Shown here: piece by piece, positions 50,939 to 61,950 of the stretch
How positions within the stretch are numbered: position 1 is the stretch's first letter
Layout: every line of letters begins with the position of its first letter
From: Escherichia coli
Lineage (GTDB): Bacteria > Pseudomonadota > Gammaproteobacteria > Enterobacterales > Enterobacteriaceae
Assembly (NCBI RefSeq): GCF_013315695.1
Contig: NZ_CP054353.1
Strand: one strand, 5' to 3'
DNA length: 64,000 bases
Notes under the pieces: generated by a model
Databases searched by the model: none
The model's input: only the letters and a program-made list of their open reading frames with translations
What the model was told of the DNA's origin: nothing
Program-made: the position numbers and the translations under genes

Positions 50939-51517
50939 ATGGCCATAAAAGGTCTTGAGCAGGCCGTTGAAAACCTCAGCCGTATCAGCAAAACGGCGGT
51001 TCCCGGTGCCGCCGCAATGGCCATTAACCGCGTTGCGTCATCCGCGATATCGCAGTCGGCGTCACAGGTTGCCCGTGAGACAAAGGTACGCCGGAAACTG
51101 GTAAAGGAAAGGGCCAGGCTGAAAAGGGCCACGGTCAAAAATCCGCAGGCCAGAATCAAAGTTAACCGGGGGGATTTGCCCGTAATCAAGCTGGGTAATG
51201 CGCGGGTTGTCCTGTCCCGCCGCAGGCGTCGTAAAAAGGGGCAGCGTTCATCCCTGAAAGGTGGCGGCAGCGTGCTTGTGGTGGGTAACCGTCGTATTCC
51301 CGGCGCGTTTATTCAGCAACTGAAAAATGGCCGGTGGCATGTTATGCAGCGTGTGGCCGGGAAAAACCGTTACCCCATTGATGTGGTGAAAATCCCGATG
51401 GCGGTGCCGCTGACCACGGCGTTTAAACAGAATATTGAACGGATACGGCGTGAACGTCTTCCGAAAGAGCTGGGCTATGCGCTGCAGCATCAACTGAGAA
51501 TGGTAATAAAGCGATGA
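50939..51517 (+). CDS. Z: tail completion protein Z
   Basis: 192 aa. Confidence 0.9.
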   Translation: MAIKGLEQAVENLSRISKTAVPGAAAMAINRVASSAISQSASQVARETKVRRKLVKERARLKRATVKNPQARIKVNRGDLPVIKLGNARVVLSRRRRRKKGQRSSLKGGGSVLVVGNRRIPGAFIQQLKNGRWHVMQRVAGKNRYPIDVVKIPMAVPLTTAFKQNIERIRRERLPKELGYALQHQLRMVIKR

Positions 51518-51909
51518 AACATACTGAACTCCGTGCAGCCGTACTGGATGCACTGGAGAAGCATGACACCGGGGCGACGCTTTTTGATGGTCGCCCCGCT
51601 GTTTTTGATGAGGAAGATTTTCCGGCAATTGCCGTTTATCTCACCGGCGCTGAATACACGGGCGAAGAGCTGGACAGCGATACCTGGCAGGCGGAGCTGC
51701 ATATTGAAGTTTTCCTGCCTGCTCAGGTGCCGGATTCAGAGCTGGATTCGTGGATGGAGTCCCGGATTTATCCGGTGATGAGCGATATCCCGGCACTGTC
51801 AGATTTGATCACCAGTATGGTGGCCAGTGGCTATGACTACCGGCGCGACGATGATGCGGGCCTGTGGAGTTCAGCCGATCTGACTTATGTCATTACCTAT
51901 GAAATGTGA
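51514..51909 (+). CDS. U: tail terminator protein U
   Basis: 131 aa. Confidence 0.9.
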   Translation: MKHTELRAAVLDALEKHDTGATLFDGRPAVFDEEDFPAIAVYLTGAEYTGEELDSDTWQAELHIEVFLPAQVPDSELDSWMESRIYPVMSDIPALSDLITSMVASGYDYRRDDDAGLWSSADLTYVITYEM

Positions 51910-51916
51910 GGACGCT

Positions 51917-52657
51917 ATGCCTGTACCAAATCCTGTAATGCCGGTGAAAGGTGCCGGGACCACCCTGTGGGTTTATAAGGGGAGCGGTGACCCTTATGCG
52001 AACCCGCTTTCAGACGTTGACTGGTCGCGTCTGGCAAAAGTTAAAGACCTGACGCCCGGCGAACTGACCGCTGAGTCCTATGACGACAGTTATCTCGATG
52101 ATGAGGATGCGGACTGGACTGCGACCGGGCAGGGGCAGAAATCAGCCGGAGATACCAGCTTCACGCTGGCGTGGATGCCCGGAGAGCAGGGGCAGCAGGC
52201 GCTGCTGGCGTGGTTTAATGAAGGTGATACCCGTGCCTATAAAATCCGCTTCCTGAACGGCACGGTCGATGTGTTCCGTGGCTGGGTCAGCAGCATCGGT
52301 AAGGCGGTGACGGCAAAGGAAGTGATCACCCGTACGGTGAAGGTCACCAATGTGGGTCGTCCGTCAATGGCAGAAGAACACAGTACGGTGACGGCGGCAA
52401 CCGGTATGACCGTGACGCCAGCCAGCGCTTCCGTAGTGAAAGGGAAGAGCACCACGCTGACCGTGGCCTTCCAGCCGGAAGGCGCAACCGACAAGAGCTT
52501 CCGTGCGGTGTCAGCGGATAAAACAAAAGCTACCGTGTCGGTCAGTGGTATGACCATCACCGTGAATGGCGTTGCTGCAGGTAAGGTCAACATTCCGGTC
52601 GTATCCGGTAATGGTGAGTTTGCTGCGGTTGCAGAAATTACCGTCACCGCCAGTTAA
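51917..52657 (+). CDS. V: major tail tube protein V
   Basis: 246 aa from [22 protein letters not shown]; C-terminal Ig-like region. Confidence 0.95.
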   Translation: MPVPNPVMPVKGAGTTLWVYKGSGDPYANPLSDVDWSRLAKVKDLTPGELTAESYDDSYLDDEDADWTATGQGQKSAGDTSFTLAWMPGEQGQQALLAWFNEGDTRAYKIRFLNGTVDVFRGWVSSIGKAVTAKEVITRTVKVTNVGRPSMAEEHSTVTAATGMTVTPASASVVKGKSTTLTVAFQPEGATDKSFRAVSADKTKATVSVSGMTITVNGVAAGKVNIPVVSGNGEFAAVAEITVTAS

Positions 52658-52672
52658 TCCGGAGAGTCAGCG

Positions 52673-53095
52673 ATGTTCCTGAAAACCGAATCATTTGAAC
52701 ATAACGGTGTGACCGTCACGCTTTCTGAACTGTCAGCCCTGCAGCGCATTGAGCATCTCGCCCTGATGAAACGGCAGGCAGAACAGGCGGAGTCAGACAG
52801 CAACCGGAAGTTTACTGTGGAAGACGCCATCAGAACCGGCGCGTTTCTGGTGGCGATGTCCCTGTGGCATAACCATCCGCAGAAGACGCAGATGCCGTCC
52901 ATGAATGAAGCCGTTAAACAGATTGAGCAGGAAGTGCTTACCACCTGGCCCACGGAGGCAATTTCTCATGCTGAAAACGTGGTGTACCGGCTGTCTGGTA
53001 TGTATGAGTTTGTGGTGAATAATGCCCCTGAACAGACAGAGGACGCCGGGCCCGCAGAGCCTGTTTCTGCGGGAAAGTGTTCGACGGTGAGCTGA
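52673..53095 (+). CDS. G: tail assembly chaperone G
   Basis: 140 aa; ends just after slippery heptamer GGGAAAG (53071..53077). Confidence 0.9.
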   Translation: MFLKTESFEHNGVTVTLSELSALQRIEHLALMKRQAEQAESDSNRKFTVEDAIRTGAFLVAMSLWHNHPQKTQMPSMNEAVKQIEQEVLTTWPTEAISHAENVVYRLSGMYEFVVNNAPEQTEDAGPAEPVSAGKCSTVS

Positions 53096-53511
53096 GTTTT
53101 GCCCTGAAACTGGCGCGTGAGATGGGGCGACCCGACTGGCGTGCCATGCTTGCCGGGATGTCATCCACGGAGTATGCCGACTGGCACCGCTTTTACAGTA
53201 CCCATTATTTTCATGATGTTCTGCTGGATATGCACTTTTCCGGGCTGACGTACACCGTGCTCAGCCTGTTTTTCAGCGATCCGGATATGCATCCGCTGGA
53301 TTTCAGTCTGCTGAACCGGCGCGAGGCTGACGAAGAGCCTGAAGATGATGTGCTGATGCAGAAAGCGGCAGGGCTTGCCGGAGGTGTCCGCTTTGGCCCG
53401 GACGGGAATGAAGTTATCCCCGCTTCCCCGGATGTGGCGGACATGACGGAGGATGACGTAATGCTGATGACAGTATCAGAAGGGATCGCAGGAGGAGTCC
53501 GGTATGGCTGA
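53077..53511 (+). CDS. T: T segment of the G-T tail assembly chaperone, expressed by programmed -1 frameshift from G
   Basis: ORF in the -1 frame begins at the slippery site and runs to the start of H. Confidence 0.85.
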   Translation: MFDGELSFALKLAREMGRPDWRAMLAGMSSTEYADWHRFYSTHYFHDVLLDMHFSGLTYTVLSLFFSDPDMHPLDFSLLNRREADEEPEDDVLMQKAAGLAGGVRFGPDGNEVIPASPDVADMTEDDVMLMTVSEGIAGGVRYG

Positions 53512-56065
53512 ACCGGTAGGCGATCTGGTCGTTGATTTGAGTCTGGATGCGGCCAGATTTGACGAGCAGATGGCCAGAGTCAGGCGTCATTTTTCCGGTA
53601 CGGAAAGTGATGCGAAAAAAACAGCGGCAGTCGTTGAACAGTCGCTGAGCCGACAGGCGCTGGCTGCACAGAAAGCGGGGATTTCCGTCGGGCAGTATAA
53701 AGCCGCCATGCGTATGCTGCCTGCACAGTTCACCGACGTGGCCACGCAGCTTGCCGGCGGGCAAAGTCCGTGGCTGATCCTGCTGCAACAGGGGGGGCAG
53801 GTGAAGGACTCCTTCGGCGGGATGATCCCCATGTTCAGGGGGCTTGCCGGTGCGATCACCCTGCCGATGGTGGGGGCCACCTCGCTGGCGGTGGCGACCG
53901 GTGCGCTGGCGTATGCCTGGTATCAGGGCAACTCAACCCTGTCCGATTTCAACAAAACGCTGGTCCTTTCCGGCAATCAGGCGGGACTGACGGCAGATCG
54001 TATGCTGGTCCTGTCCAGAGCCGGGCAGGCGGCAGGGCTGACGTTTAACCAGACCAGCGAGTCACTCAGCGCACTGGTTAAGGCGGGGGTAAGCGGTGAG
54101 GCTCAGATTGCGTCCATCAGCCAGAGTGTGGCGCGTTTCTCCTCTGCATCCGGCGTGGAGGTGGACAAGGTCGCTGAAGCCTTCGGGAAGCTGACCACAG
54201 ACCCGACGTCGGGGCTGACGGCGATGGCACGCCAGTTCCATAACGTGACGGCGGAGCAGATTGCGTATGTTGCTCAGTTGCAGCGTTCCGGCGATGAAGC
54301 CGGGGCATTGCAGGCGGCGAACGAGGCCGCAACGAAAGGGTTTGATGACCAGACCCGCCGCCTGAAAGAGAACATGGGCACGCTGGAGACCTGGGCAGAC
54401 AGGACAGCGCGGGCATTCAAATCCATGTGGGATGCGGTGCTGGATATTGGTCGTCCTGATACCGCGCAGGAGATGCTGATTAAGGCAGAGGCTGCGTTTA
54501 AGAAAGCAGACGACATCTGGAATCTGCGCAAGGATGATTATTTTGTTAACGATGAAGCGCGGGCGCGTTACTGGGATGATCGTGAAAAGGCCCGTCTTGC
54601 GCTTGAAGCCGCCCGAAAGAAGGCTGAGCAGCAGACTCAACAGGACAAAAATGCGCAGCAGCAGAGCGATACCGAAGCGTCACGGCTGAAATATACCGAA
54701 GAGGCGCAGAAGGCTTACGAACGGCTGCAGACGCCGCTGGAGAAATATACCGCCCGTCAGGAAGAACTGAACAAGGCACTGAAAGACGGGAAAATCCTGC
54801 AGGCGGATTACAACACGCTGATGGCGGCGGCGAAAAAGGATTATGAAGCGACGCTGAAAAAGCCGAAACAGTCCGGCGTGAAGGTGTCTGCGGGCGATCG
54901 TCAGGAAGACAGTGCTCATGCTGCCCTGCTGACGCTTCAGGCAGAACTCCGGACGCTGGAGAAGCATGCCGGAGCAAATGAGAAAATCAGCCAGCAGCGC
55001 CGGGATTTGTGGAAGGCGGAGAGTCAGTTCGCGGTACTGGAGGAGGCGGCGCAACGTCGCCAGCTGTCTGCACAGGAGAAATCCCTGCTGGCGCATAAAG
55101 ATGAGACGCTGGAGTACAAACGCCAGCTGGCTGCACTTGGCGACAAGGTTACGTATCAGGAGCGCCTGAACGCGCTGGCGCAGCAGGCGGATAAATTCGC
55201 ACAGCAGCAACGGGCAAAACGGGCCGCCATTGATGCGAAAAGCCGGGGGCTGACTGACCGGCAGGCAGAACGGGAAGCCACGGAACAGCGCCTGAAGGAA
55301 CAGTATGGCGATAATCCGCTGGCGCTGAATAACGTCATGTCAGAGCAGAAAAAGACCTGGGCGGCTGAAGACCAGCTTCGCGGGAACTGGATGGCAGGCC
55401 TGAAGTCCGGCTGGAGTGAGTGGGAAGAGAGCGCCACGGACAGTATGTCGCAGGTAAAAAGTGCAGCCACGCAGACCTTTGATGGTATTGCACAGAATAT
55501 GGCGGCGATGCTGACCGGCAGTGAGCAGAACTGGCGCAGCTTCACCCGTTCCGTGCTGTCCATGATGACAGAAATTCTGCTTAAGCAGGCAATGGTGGGG
55601 ATTGTCGGGAGTATCGGCAGCGCCATTGGCGGGGCTGTTGGTGGCGGCGCATCCGCGTCAGGCGGTACAGCCATTCAGGCCGCTGCGGCGAAATTCCATT
55701 TTGCAACCGGAGGATTTACGGGAACCGGCGGCAAATATGAGCCAGCGGGGATTGTTCACCGTGGTGAGTTTGTCTTCACGAAGGAGGCAACCAGCCGGAT
55801 TGGCGTGGGGAATCTTTACCGGCTGATGCGCGGCTATGCCACCGGCGGTTATGTCGGTACACCGGGCAGCATGGCAGACAGCCGGTCGCAGGCGTCCGGG
55901 ACGTTTGAGCAGAATAACCATGTGGTGATTAACAACGACGGCACGAACGGGCAGATAGGTCCGGCTGCTCTGAAGGCGGTGTATGACATGGCCCGCAAGG
56001 GTGCCCGTGATGAAATTCAGACACAGATGCGTGATGGTGGCCTGTTCTCCGGAGGTGGACGATGA
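53504..56065 (+). CDS. H: tail tape measure protein H
   Basis: 853 aa, coiled-coil rich, Gly-rich C-terminal region. Confidence 0.95.
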   Translation: MAEPVGDLVVDLSLDAARFDEQMARVRRHFSGTESDAKKTAAVVEQSLSRQALAAQKAGISVGQYKAAMRMLPAQFTDVATQLAGGQSPWLILLQQGGQVKDSFGGMIPMFRGLAGAITLPMVGATSLAVATGALAYAWYQGNSTLSDFNKTLVLSGNQAGLTADRMLVLSRAGQAAGLTFNQTSESLSALVKAGVSGEAQIASISQSVARFSSASGVEVDKVAEAFGKLTTDPTSGLTAMARQFHNVTAEQIAYVAQLQRSGDEAGALQAANEAATKGFDDQTRRLKENMGTLETWADRTARAFKSMWDAVLDIGRPDTAQEMLIKAEAAFKKADDIWNLRKDDYFVNDEARARYWDDREKARLALEAARKKAEQQTQQDKNAQQQSDTEASRLKYTEEAQKAYERLQTPLEKYTARQEELNKALKDGKILQADYNTLMAAAKKDYEATLKKPKQSGVKVSAGDRQEDSAHAALLTLQAELRTLEKHAGANEKISQQRRDLWKAESQFAVLEEAAQRRQLSAQEKSLLAHKDETLEYKRQLAALGDKVTYQERLNALAQQADKFAQQQRAKRAAIDAKSRGLTDRQAEREATEQRLKEQYGDNPLALNNVMSEQKKTWAAEDQLRGNWMAGLKSGWSEWEESATDSMSQVKSAATQTFDGIAQNMAAMLTGSEQNWRSFTRSVLSMMTEILLKQAMVGIVGSIGSAIGGAVGGGASASGGTAIQAAAAKFHFATGGFTGTGGKYEPAGIVHRGEFVFTKEATSRIGVGNLYRLMRGYATGGYVGTPGSMADSRSQASGTFEQNNHVVINNDGTNGQIGPAALKAVYDMARKGARDEIQTQMRDGGLFSGGGR

Positions 56066-56391
56066 AGACCTTCCGCTGGAAAGTGAAACCAGGTATGGAT
56101 GTGGCTTCGGTCCCTTCTGTAAGAAAGGTGCGCTTTGGTGATGGCTATTCTCAGCGAGCGCCTGCCGGGCTGAATGCCAACCTGAAAACGTACAGCGTGA
56201 CGCTTTCTGTCCCCCGTGAGGAGGCCACGGTACTGGAGTCGTTTCTGGAAGAGCACGGGGGCTGGAAATCCTTTCTGTGGACGCCGCCTTATGAGTGGCG
56301 GCAGATAAAGGTGACCTGCGCAAAATGGTCGTCGCGGGTCAGTATGCTGCGTGTTGAGTTCAGCGCAGAGTTTGAACAGGTGGTGAACTGA
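56062..56391 (+). CDS. M: tail tip protein M
   Basis: 109 aa. Confidence 0.9.
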   Translation: MKTFRWKVKPGMDVASVPSVRKVRFGDGYSQRAPAGLNANLKTYSVTLSVPREEATVLESFLEEHGGWKSFLWTPPYEWRQIKVTCAKWSSRVSMLRVEFSAEFEQVVN

Positions 56392-57089
56392 TGCAGGATA
56401 TCCGGCAGGAAACACTGAATGAATGCACCCGTGCGGAGCAGTCGGCCAGCGTGGTGCTCTGGGAAATCGACCTGACAGAGGTCGGTGGAGAACGTTATTT
56501 TTTCTGTAATGAGCAGAACGAAAAAGGTGAGCCGGTCACCTGGCAGGGGCGACAGTATCAGCCGTATCCCATTCAGGGGAGCGGTTTTGAACTGAATGGC
56601 AAAGGCACCAGTACGCGCCCCACGCTGACGGTTTCTAACCTGTACGGTATGGTCACCGGGATGGCGGAAGATATGCAGAGTCTGGTCGGCGGAACGGTGG
56701 TCCGGCGTAAGGTTTACGCCCGTTTTCTGGATGCGGTGAACTTCGTCAACGGAAACAGTTACGCCGATCCGGAGCAGGAGGTGATCAGCCGCTGGCGCAT
56801 TGAGCAGTGCAGCGAACTGAGCGCGGTGAGTGCCTCCTTTGTACTGTCCACGCCGACGGAAACGGATGGCGCTGTTTTTCCGGGACGTATCATGCTGGCC
56901 AACACCTGCACCTGGACCTATCGCGGTGACGAGTGCGGTTATAGCGGTCCGGCTGTCGCGGATGAATATGACCAGCCAACGTCCGATATCACGAAGGATA
57001 AATGCAGCAAATGCCTGAGCGGTTGTAAGTTCCGCAATAACGTCGGCAACTTTGGCGGCTTCCTTTCCATTAACAAACTTTCGCAGTAA
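56391..57089 (+). CDS. L: tail tip protein L
   Basis: 232 aa; C-terminal Cys cluster. Confidence 0.9.
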   Translation: MQDIRQETLNECTRAEQSASVVLWEIDLTEVGGERYFFCNEQNEKGEPVTWQGRQYQPYPIQGSGFELNGKGTSTRPTLTVSNLYGMVTGMAEDMQSLVGGTVVRRKVYARFLDAVNFVNGNSYADPEQEVISRWRIEQCSELSAVSASFVLSTPTETDGAVFPGRIMLANTCTWTYRGDECGYSGPAVADEYDQPTSDITKDKCSKCLSGCKFRNNVGNFGGFLSINKLSQ

Positions 57090-57094
57090 ATCCC

Positions 57095-57838
57095 ATGACA
57101 CAGACAGAATCAGCGATTCTGGCGCACGCCCGGCGATGTGCGCCAGCGGAGTCGTGCGGCTTCGTGGTAAGCACGCCGGAGGGGGAAAGATATTTCCCCT
57201 GCGTGAATATCTCCGGTGAGCCGGAGGCGTATTTCCGTATGTCGCCGGAAGACTGGCTGCAGGCAGAAATGCAGGGTGAGATTGTGGCGCTGGTCCACAG
57301 CCACCCCGGTGGCCTGCCCTGGCTGAGTGAGGCCGACCGGCGGCTGCAGGTGCAGAGTGATTTGCCGTGGTGGCTGGTCTGCCGGGGGACGATTCATAAG
57401 TTCCGCTGTGTGCCGCATCTCACCGGGCGGCGCTTTGAGCACGGTGTGACGGACTGTTACACACTGTTCCGGGATGCTTATCATCTGGCGGGGATTGAGA
57501 TGCCGGACTTTCATCGTGAGGATGACTGGTGGCGTAACGGCCAGAATCTCTATCTGGATAATCTGGAGGCGACGGGGCTGTATCAGGTGCCGTTGTCAGC
57601 GGCACAGCCGGGCGATGTGCTGCTGTGCTGTTTTGGTTCATCGGTGCCGAATCACGCCGCAATTTACTGCGGCGACGGCGAGCTGCTGCACCATATTCCT
57701 GAACAACTGAGCAAACGAGAGAGGTACACCGACAAATGGCAGCGACGCACACACTCCCTCTGGCGTCACCGGGCATGGCGCGCATCTGCCTTTACGGGGA
57801 TTTACAACGATTTGGTCGCCGCATCGACCTTCGTGTGA
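57095..57838 (+). CDS. K: tail tip assembly protein K (MPN/JAB plus NlpC/P60-like); 3' end as in ORF track, overlaps I
   Basis: HSHPGG JAMM-like motif; Cys/His NlpC/P60-like residues. Confidence 0.8.
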   Translation: MTQTESAILAHARRCAPAESCGFVVSTPEGERYFPCVNISGEPEAYFRMSPEDWLQAEMQGEIVALVHSHPGGLPWLSEADRRLQVQSDLPWWLVCRGTIHKFRCVPHLTGRRFEHGVTDCYTLFRDAYHLAGIEMPDFHREDDWWRNGQNLYLDNLEATGLYQVPLSAAQPGDVLLCCFGSSVPNHAAIYCGDGELLHHIPEQLSKRERYTDKWQRRTHSLWRHRAWRASAFTGIYNDLVAASTFV

Positions 57839-58407
57839 AAACGGGGGCTGAAGCCATCCGGGCACTGGCCACACAGCTCCCGGCGTTTCGTCAGAAACTG
57901 AGCGACGGCTGGTATCAGGTACGGATTGCCGGGCGGGACGTCAGCACGTCCGGGTTAACGGCGCAGTTACATGAGACTCTGCCTGATGGCGCTGTGATTC
58001 ATATTGTTCCCAGAGTCGCCGGGGCCAAGTCAGGTGGCGTATTCCAGATTGTCCTGGGGGCTGCCGCCATTGCCGGATCATTCTTTACCGCCGGAGCCAC
58101 CCTTGCAGCATGGGGGGCAGCCATTGGGGCCGGTGGTATGACCGGCATCCTGTTTTCTCTCGGTGCCAGTATGGTGCTCGGTGGTGTGGCGCAGATGCTG
58201 GCACCGAAAGCCAGAACTCCCCGTACACAGACAACGGATAACGGTAAGCAGAACACCTATTTCTCCTCACTGGATAACATGGTTGCCCAGGGCAATGTTC
58301 TGCCTGTTCTGTACGGGGAAATGCGCGTGGGGTCACGCGTGGTTTCTCAGGAGATCAGCACGGCAGACGAAGGGGACGGTGGTCAGGTTGTGGTGATTGG
58401 TCGCTGA
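57736..58407 (+). CDS. I: tail tip assembly protein I
   Basis: 223 aa (MAATHTLPLASPGMARICLYG…). Confidence 0.9.
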   Translation: MAATHTLPLASPGMARICLYGDLQRFGRRIDLRVKTGAEAIRALATQLPAFRQKLSDGWYQVRIAGRDVSTSGLTAQLHETLPDGAVIHIVPRVAGAKSGGVFQIVLGAAAIAGSFFTAGATLAAWGAAIGAGGMTGILFSLGASMVLGGVAQMLAPKARTPRTQTTDNGKQNTYFSSLDNMVAQGNVLPVLYGEMRVGSRVVSQEISTADEGDGGQVVVIGR

Positions 58408-58467
58408 TGCAAAATGTTTTATGTGAAACCGCCTGCGGGCGGTTTTGTCATTTATGGAGCGTGAGGA

Positions 58468-61400
58468 ATGGGTAAAGGAAGCAGTAAGGGGCATACCCCG
58501 CGCGAAGCGAAGGACAACCTGAAGTCCACGCAGTTGCTGAGTGTGATCGATGCCATCAGCGAAGGGCCGGTTGAAGGTCCGGTGGATGGATTAAAAAGCG
58601 TGCTGCTGAACAGTACGCCGGTGCTGGACACTGAGGGGAATACCAACATCTCCGGTGTCACGGTGGTGTTCCGTGCCGGTGAGCAGGAGCAGACACCGCC
58701 GGAGGGGTTTGAATCCTCCGGCTCCGAGACGGTGCTGGGTACGGAAGTGAAATATGACACGCCGATCACCCGCACCATTACGTCTGCAAACATCGACCGT
58801 CTGCGCTTTACCTTCGGTGTACAGGCACTGGTGGAAACCACCTCAAAGGGTGACAGGAATCCGTCGGAAGTCCGTCTGCTGGTTCAGATACAACGTAACG
58901 GTGGCTGGGTGACGGAAAAAGACATCACCATTAAGGGCAAAACCACCTCGCAGTATCTGGCCTCGGTGGTGGTGGGTAACCTGCCGCCGCGCCCGTTTAA
59001 TATCCGGATGCGCAGGATGACGCCGGACAGCACCACAGACCAGCTGCAGAACAAAACGCTCTGGTCGTCATACACCGAAATCATCGATGTGAAACAGTGC
59101 TACCCGAACACGGCACTGGTCGGCGTGCAGGTGGACTCGGAGCAGTTCGGCAGCCAGCAGGTGAGCCGTAATTATCATCTTCGCGGGCGCATTCTGCAGG
59201 TGCCGTCGAACTATAACCCGCAGACGCGGCAATACAGCGGTATCTGGGACGGAACGTTTAAGCCGGCATACAGCAACAACCCGGCCTGGTGTCTGTGGGA
59301 TATGCTGACCCACCCGCGCTACGGCATGGGGAAACGTCTTGGTGCGGCGGATGTGGATAAATGGGCGCTGTATGTCATCGGCCAGTACTGCGACCAGTCA
59401 GTGCCGGACGGTTTTGGCGGCACGGAGCCGCGCATCACCTGTAATGCCTGGCTGACCACGCAGCGTAAGGCGTGGGATGTGCTCAGTGATTTCTGCTCGG
59501 CGATGCGCTGTATGCCGGTATGGAACGGGCAGACGCTGACGTTCGTGCAGGACCGACCATCAGATAAGGTGTGGACCTATAACCGCAGTAATGTGGTGAT
59601 GCCGGATGATGGCGCGCCGTTCCGCTACAGCTTCAGCGCCCTGAAGGACCGCCATAATGCCGTTGAGGTGAACTGGATTGACCCGAACAACGGCTGGGAG
59701 ACGGCGACAGAGCTTGTTGAAGATACGCAGGCCATTGTCCGTTACGGTCGTAATGTCACGAAGATGGATGCCTTTGGCTGTACCAGCCGGGGGCAGGCAC
59801 ACCGCGCCGGGCTGTGGCTGATTAAAACTGAACTGCTGGAGACGCAGACCGTGGATTTCAGCGTGGGTGCTGAAGGGCTTCGCCATGTACCGGGCGATGT
59901 CATTGAAATCTGCGATGATGACTATGCCGGTATCAGCACCGGTGGTCGCGTGCTGGCGGTGAACAGCCAGACCCGGACGCTGACGCTCGACCGTGAAATC
60001 ACGCTGCCATCCTCCGGTACCACGCTGATAAGCCTGGTTGACGGAAGTGGTAATCCGGTCAGCGTGGAGGTTCAGTCCGTCACCGACGGACTTAAGGTGA
60101 AAGTGAACCGGGTTCCTGACGGCGTTGCAGAATACAGTGTGTGGGGGCTGAAGTTGCCGACGTTGCGTCAGCGCCTGTTCCGCTGTGTGAGTATCCGTGA
60201 GAACGATGACGGCACGTATGCCATCACTGCCGTGCAGCATGTACCGGAAAAAGAAGCCATCGTGGATAACGGGGCGCACTTTGACGGCGACCAGAGCGGC
60301 ACGGTGAATGGTGTCACGCCGCCAGCGGTGCAGCACCTGACCGCCGAAGTCACCGCAGACAGCGGGGAATATCAGGTGCTGGCGCGCTGGGACACGCCGA
60401 AGGTGGTGAAGGGCGTGAGCTTCCTGCTCCGTCTGACCGTAACAGCGGATGACGGCAGTGAGCGGCTGGTCAGCACGGCCCGGACGACGGAAACCACATA
60501 CCGCTTCACGCAACTGGCGCTGGGGAACTACAGACTGACAGTCCGGGCGGTAAATGCGTGGGGGCAGCAGGGCGATCCGGCGTCGGTATCGTTCCGGATT
60601 GCCGCACCGGCAGCACCGTCGAGGATTGAGCTGACGCCGGGCTATTTTCAGATAACCGCCACGCCGCATCTTGCCGTTTATGACCCGACGGTACAGTTTG
60701 AGTTCTGGTTCTCGGAAAAGCGGATTACCGATATCAGGCAGGTTGAAACCACAGCCCGCTATCTTGGTACGGCGCTGTACTGGATAGCCGCCAGTATCAA
60801 TATCAAACCGGGCCATGATTATTACTTTTATATCCGCAGTGTGAACACCGTTGGCAAATCGGCATTCGTGGAGGCTGTCGGTCAGGCGAGCGATGATGCG
60901 GAAGGTTACCTGGATTTTTTCAAAGGCCAGATAACCGAATCCCATCTCGGCAAGGAGCTGCTGGAAAAAGTCGAGCTGACGGAGGATAACGCCAGCAGAC
61001 TGGAGGAGTTTTCGAAAGAGTGGCAGGACGCTAACGATAAGTGGAATGCCATGTGGGGCGTCAAAATTGAGCAGACCAAAGACGGCAAACATTATGTCGC
61101 GGGTATTGGCCTCAGCATGGAGGACACGGAAGAAGGCAAGCTGAGCCAGTTTCTGGTTGCCGCTAACCGTATCGCGTTTATTGACCCGGCAAACGGGAAT
61201 GAAACGCCGATGTTTGTGGCGCAGGGCAATCAGATATTTATGAACGACGTGTTCCTGAAGCGCCTGACGGCCCCGACCATTACCAGTGGTGGAAATCCAC
61301 CGGCATTTTCCCTGACATCAGACGGAAAGCTGACCGCTAAAAATGCGGATATCAGTGGCAGAGTGAATGCGAACGCCGGGACGCTCAACAATGTCACGGT

Positions 61401-61881
61401 AAATGAAAACTGTACGATTAAGGGCATGCTGGAGGCGACTCAGGTCAGAGGTGACTTCGTTAAAGCTGTATCCAAATCATTCCCGAAACAGGCTGGTACG
61501 TGGGGTAACACGGAAACACCAAACGGGACGGTTACAGTCACCATCAGCGATGATCATAACTTTGACCGTCAAATCATTATTCCGCCCATTATCTTTAACG
61601 GAATAGCGTATAGCGATCCGGGAAGTGGTAATAACCCGGGAGGTACAAGATACACGGGTTATGGTTTTGAAGTTCGCAAAAACGGTGTATTAATCGCATC
61701 CAGAGAAACTAAAGGGGCCATTCCCGGTAGCTACAGTGCGGTTATTGATATGCCGAGTGGCAGGGGAAGCGTCACTCTGGAGTTTAAGGTTTTCCATAAA
61801 GGCAATCAGTGGGCAGGTAATATCACCGACTGTACGGTGATTGTGACCAAAAAAGCCGCTTCCGGCATCAGTATTCGTTGA
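58468..61881 (+). CDS. J: central tail fibre/host specificity protein J
   Basis: 1137 aa; lambda J-like over most of its length, divergent C-terminal receptor-binding part. Confidence 0.93.
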   Translation: MGKGSSKGHTPREAKDNLKSTQLLSVIDAISEGPVEGPVDGLKSVLLNSTPVLDTEGNTNISGVTVVFRAGEQEQTPPEGFESSGSETVLGTEVKYDTPITRTITSANIDRLRFTFGVQALVETTSKGDRNPSEVRLLVQIQRNGGWVTEKDITIKGKTTSQYLASVVVGNLPPRPFNIRMRRMTPDSTTDQLQNKTLWSSYTEIIDVKQCYPNTALVGVQVDSEQFGSQQVSRNYHLRGRILQVPSNYNPQTRQYSGIWDGTFKPAYSNNPAWCLWDMLTHPRYGMGKRLGAADVDKWALYVIGQYCDQSVPDGFGGTEPRITCNAWLTTQRKAWDVLSDFCSAMRCMPVWNGQTLTFVQDRPSDKVWTYNRSNVVMPDDGAPFRYSFSALKDRHNAVEVNWIDPNNGWETATELVEDTQAIVRYGRNVTKMDAFGCTSRGQAHRAGLWLIKTELLETQTVDFSVGAEGLRHVPGDVIEICDDDYAGISTGGRVLAVNSQTRTLTLDREITLPSSGTTLISLVDGSGNPVSVEVQSVTDGLKVKVNRVPDGVAEYSVWGLKLPTLRQRLFRCVSIRENDDGTYAITAVQHVPEKEAIVDNGAHFDGDQSGTVNGVTPPAVQHLTAEVTADSGEYQVLARWDTPKVVKGVSFLLRLTVTADDGSERLVSTARTTETTYRFTQLALGNYRLTVRAVNAWGQQGDPASVSFRIAAPAAPSRIELTPGYFQITATPHLAVYDPTVQFEFWFSEKRITDIRQVETTARYLGTALYWIAASINIKPGHDYYFYIRSVNTVGKSAFVEAVGQASDDAEGYLDFFKGQITESHLGKELLEKVELTEDNASRLEEFSKEWQDANDKWNAMWGVKIEQTKDGKHYVAGIGLSMEDTEEGKLSQFLVAANRIAFIDPANGNETPMFVAQGNQIFMNDVFLKRLTAPTITSGGNPPAFSLTSDGKLTAKNADISGRVNANAGTLNNVTVNENCTIKGMLEATQVRGDFVKAVSKSFPKQAGTWGNTETPNGTVTVTISDDHNFDRQIIIPPIIFNGIAYSDPGSGNNPGGTRYTGYGFEVRKNGVLIASRETKGAIPGSYSAVIDMPSGRGSVTLEFKVFHKGNQWAGNITDCTVIVTKKAASGISIR

Positions 61882-61950
61882 AATTGTTATAACCCATATA
61901 AGGGCACCAGAAATGGTGCCTTTTTTATTGCAGAAAAGCGAGAGGTAATT

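Noticed and set aside
54062-57101. Several 130-270-aa minus-strand ORFs
   Set aside because: All antisense to H, M and L, which form a contiguous coupled operon; treated as frame artefacts.
57095-57838. Roughly 100-nt overlap between the K ORF and the start of I
   Set aside because: Could indicate a K allele with an extended C-terminus, but overlapping genes are common in tail operons and I cannot verify the lambda K length from memory; not raised as a finding.
59560-61092. 510-aa ORF on the minus strand
   Set aside because: Antisense to the J tail-fibre gene; no start context; Arg/Pro-rich translation typical of a reversed GC-rich frame.
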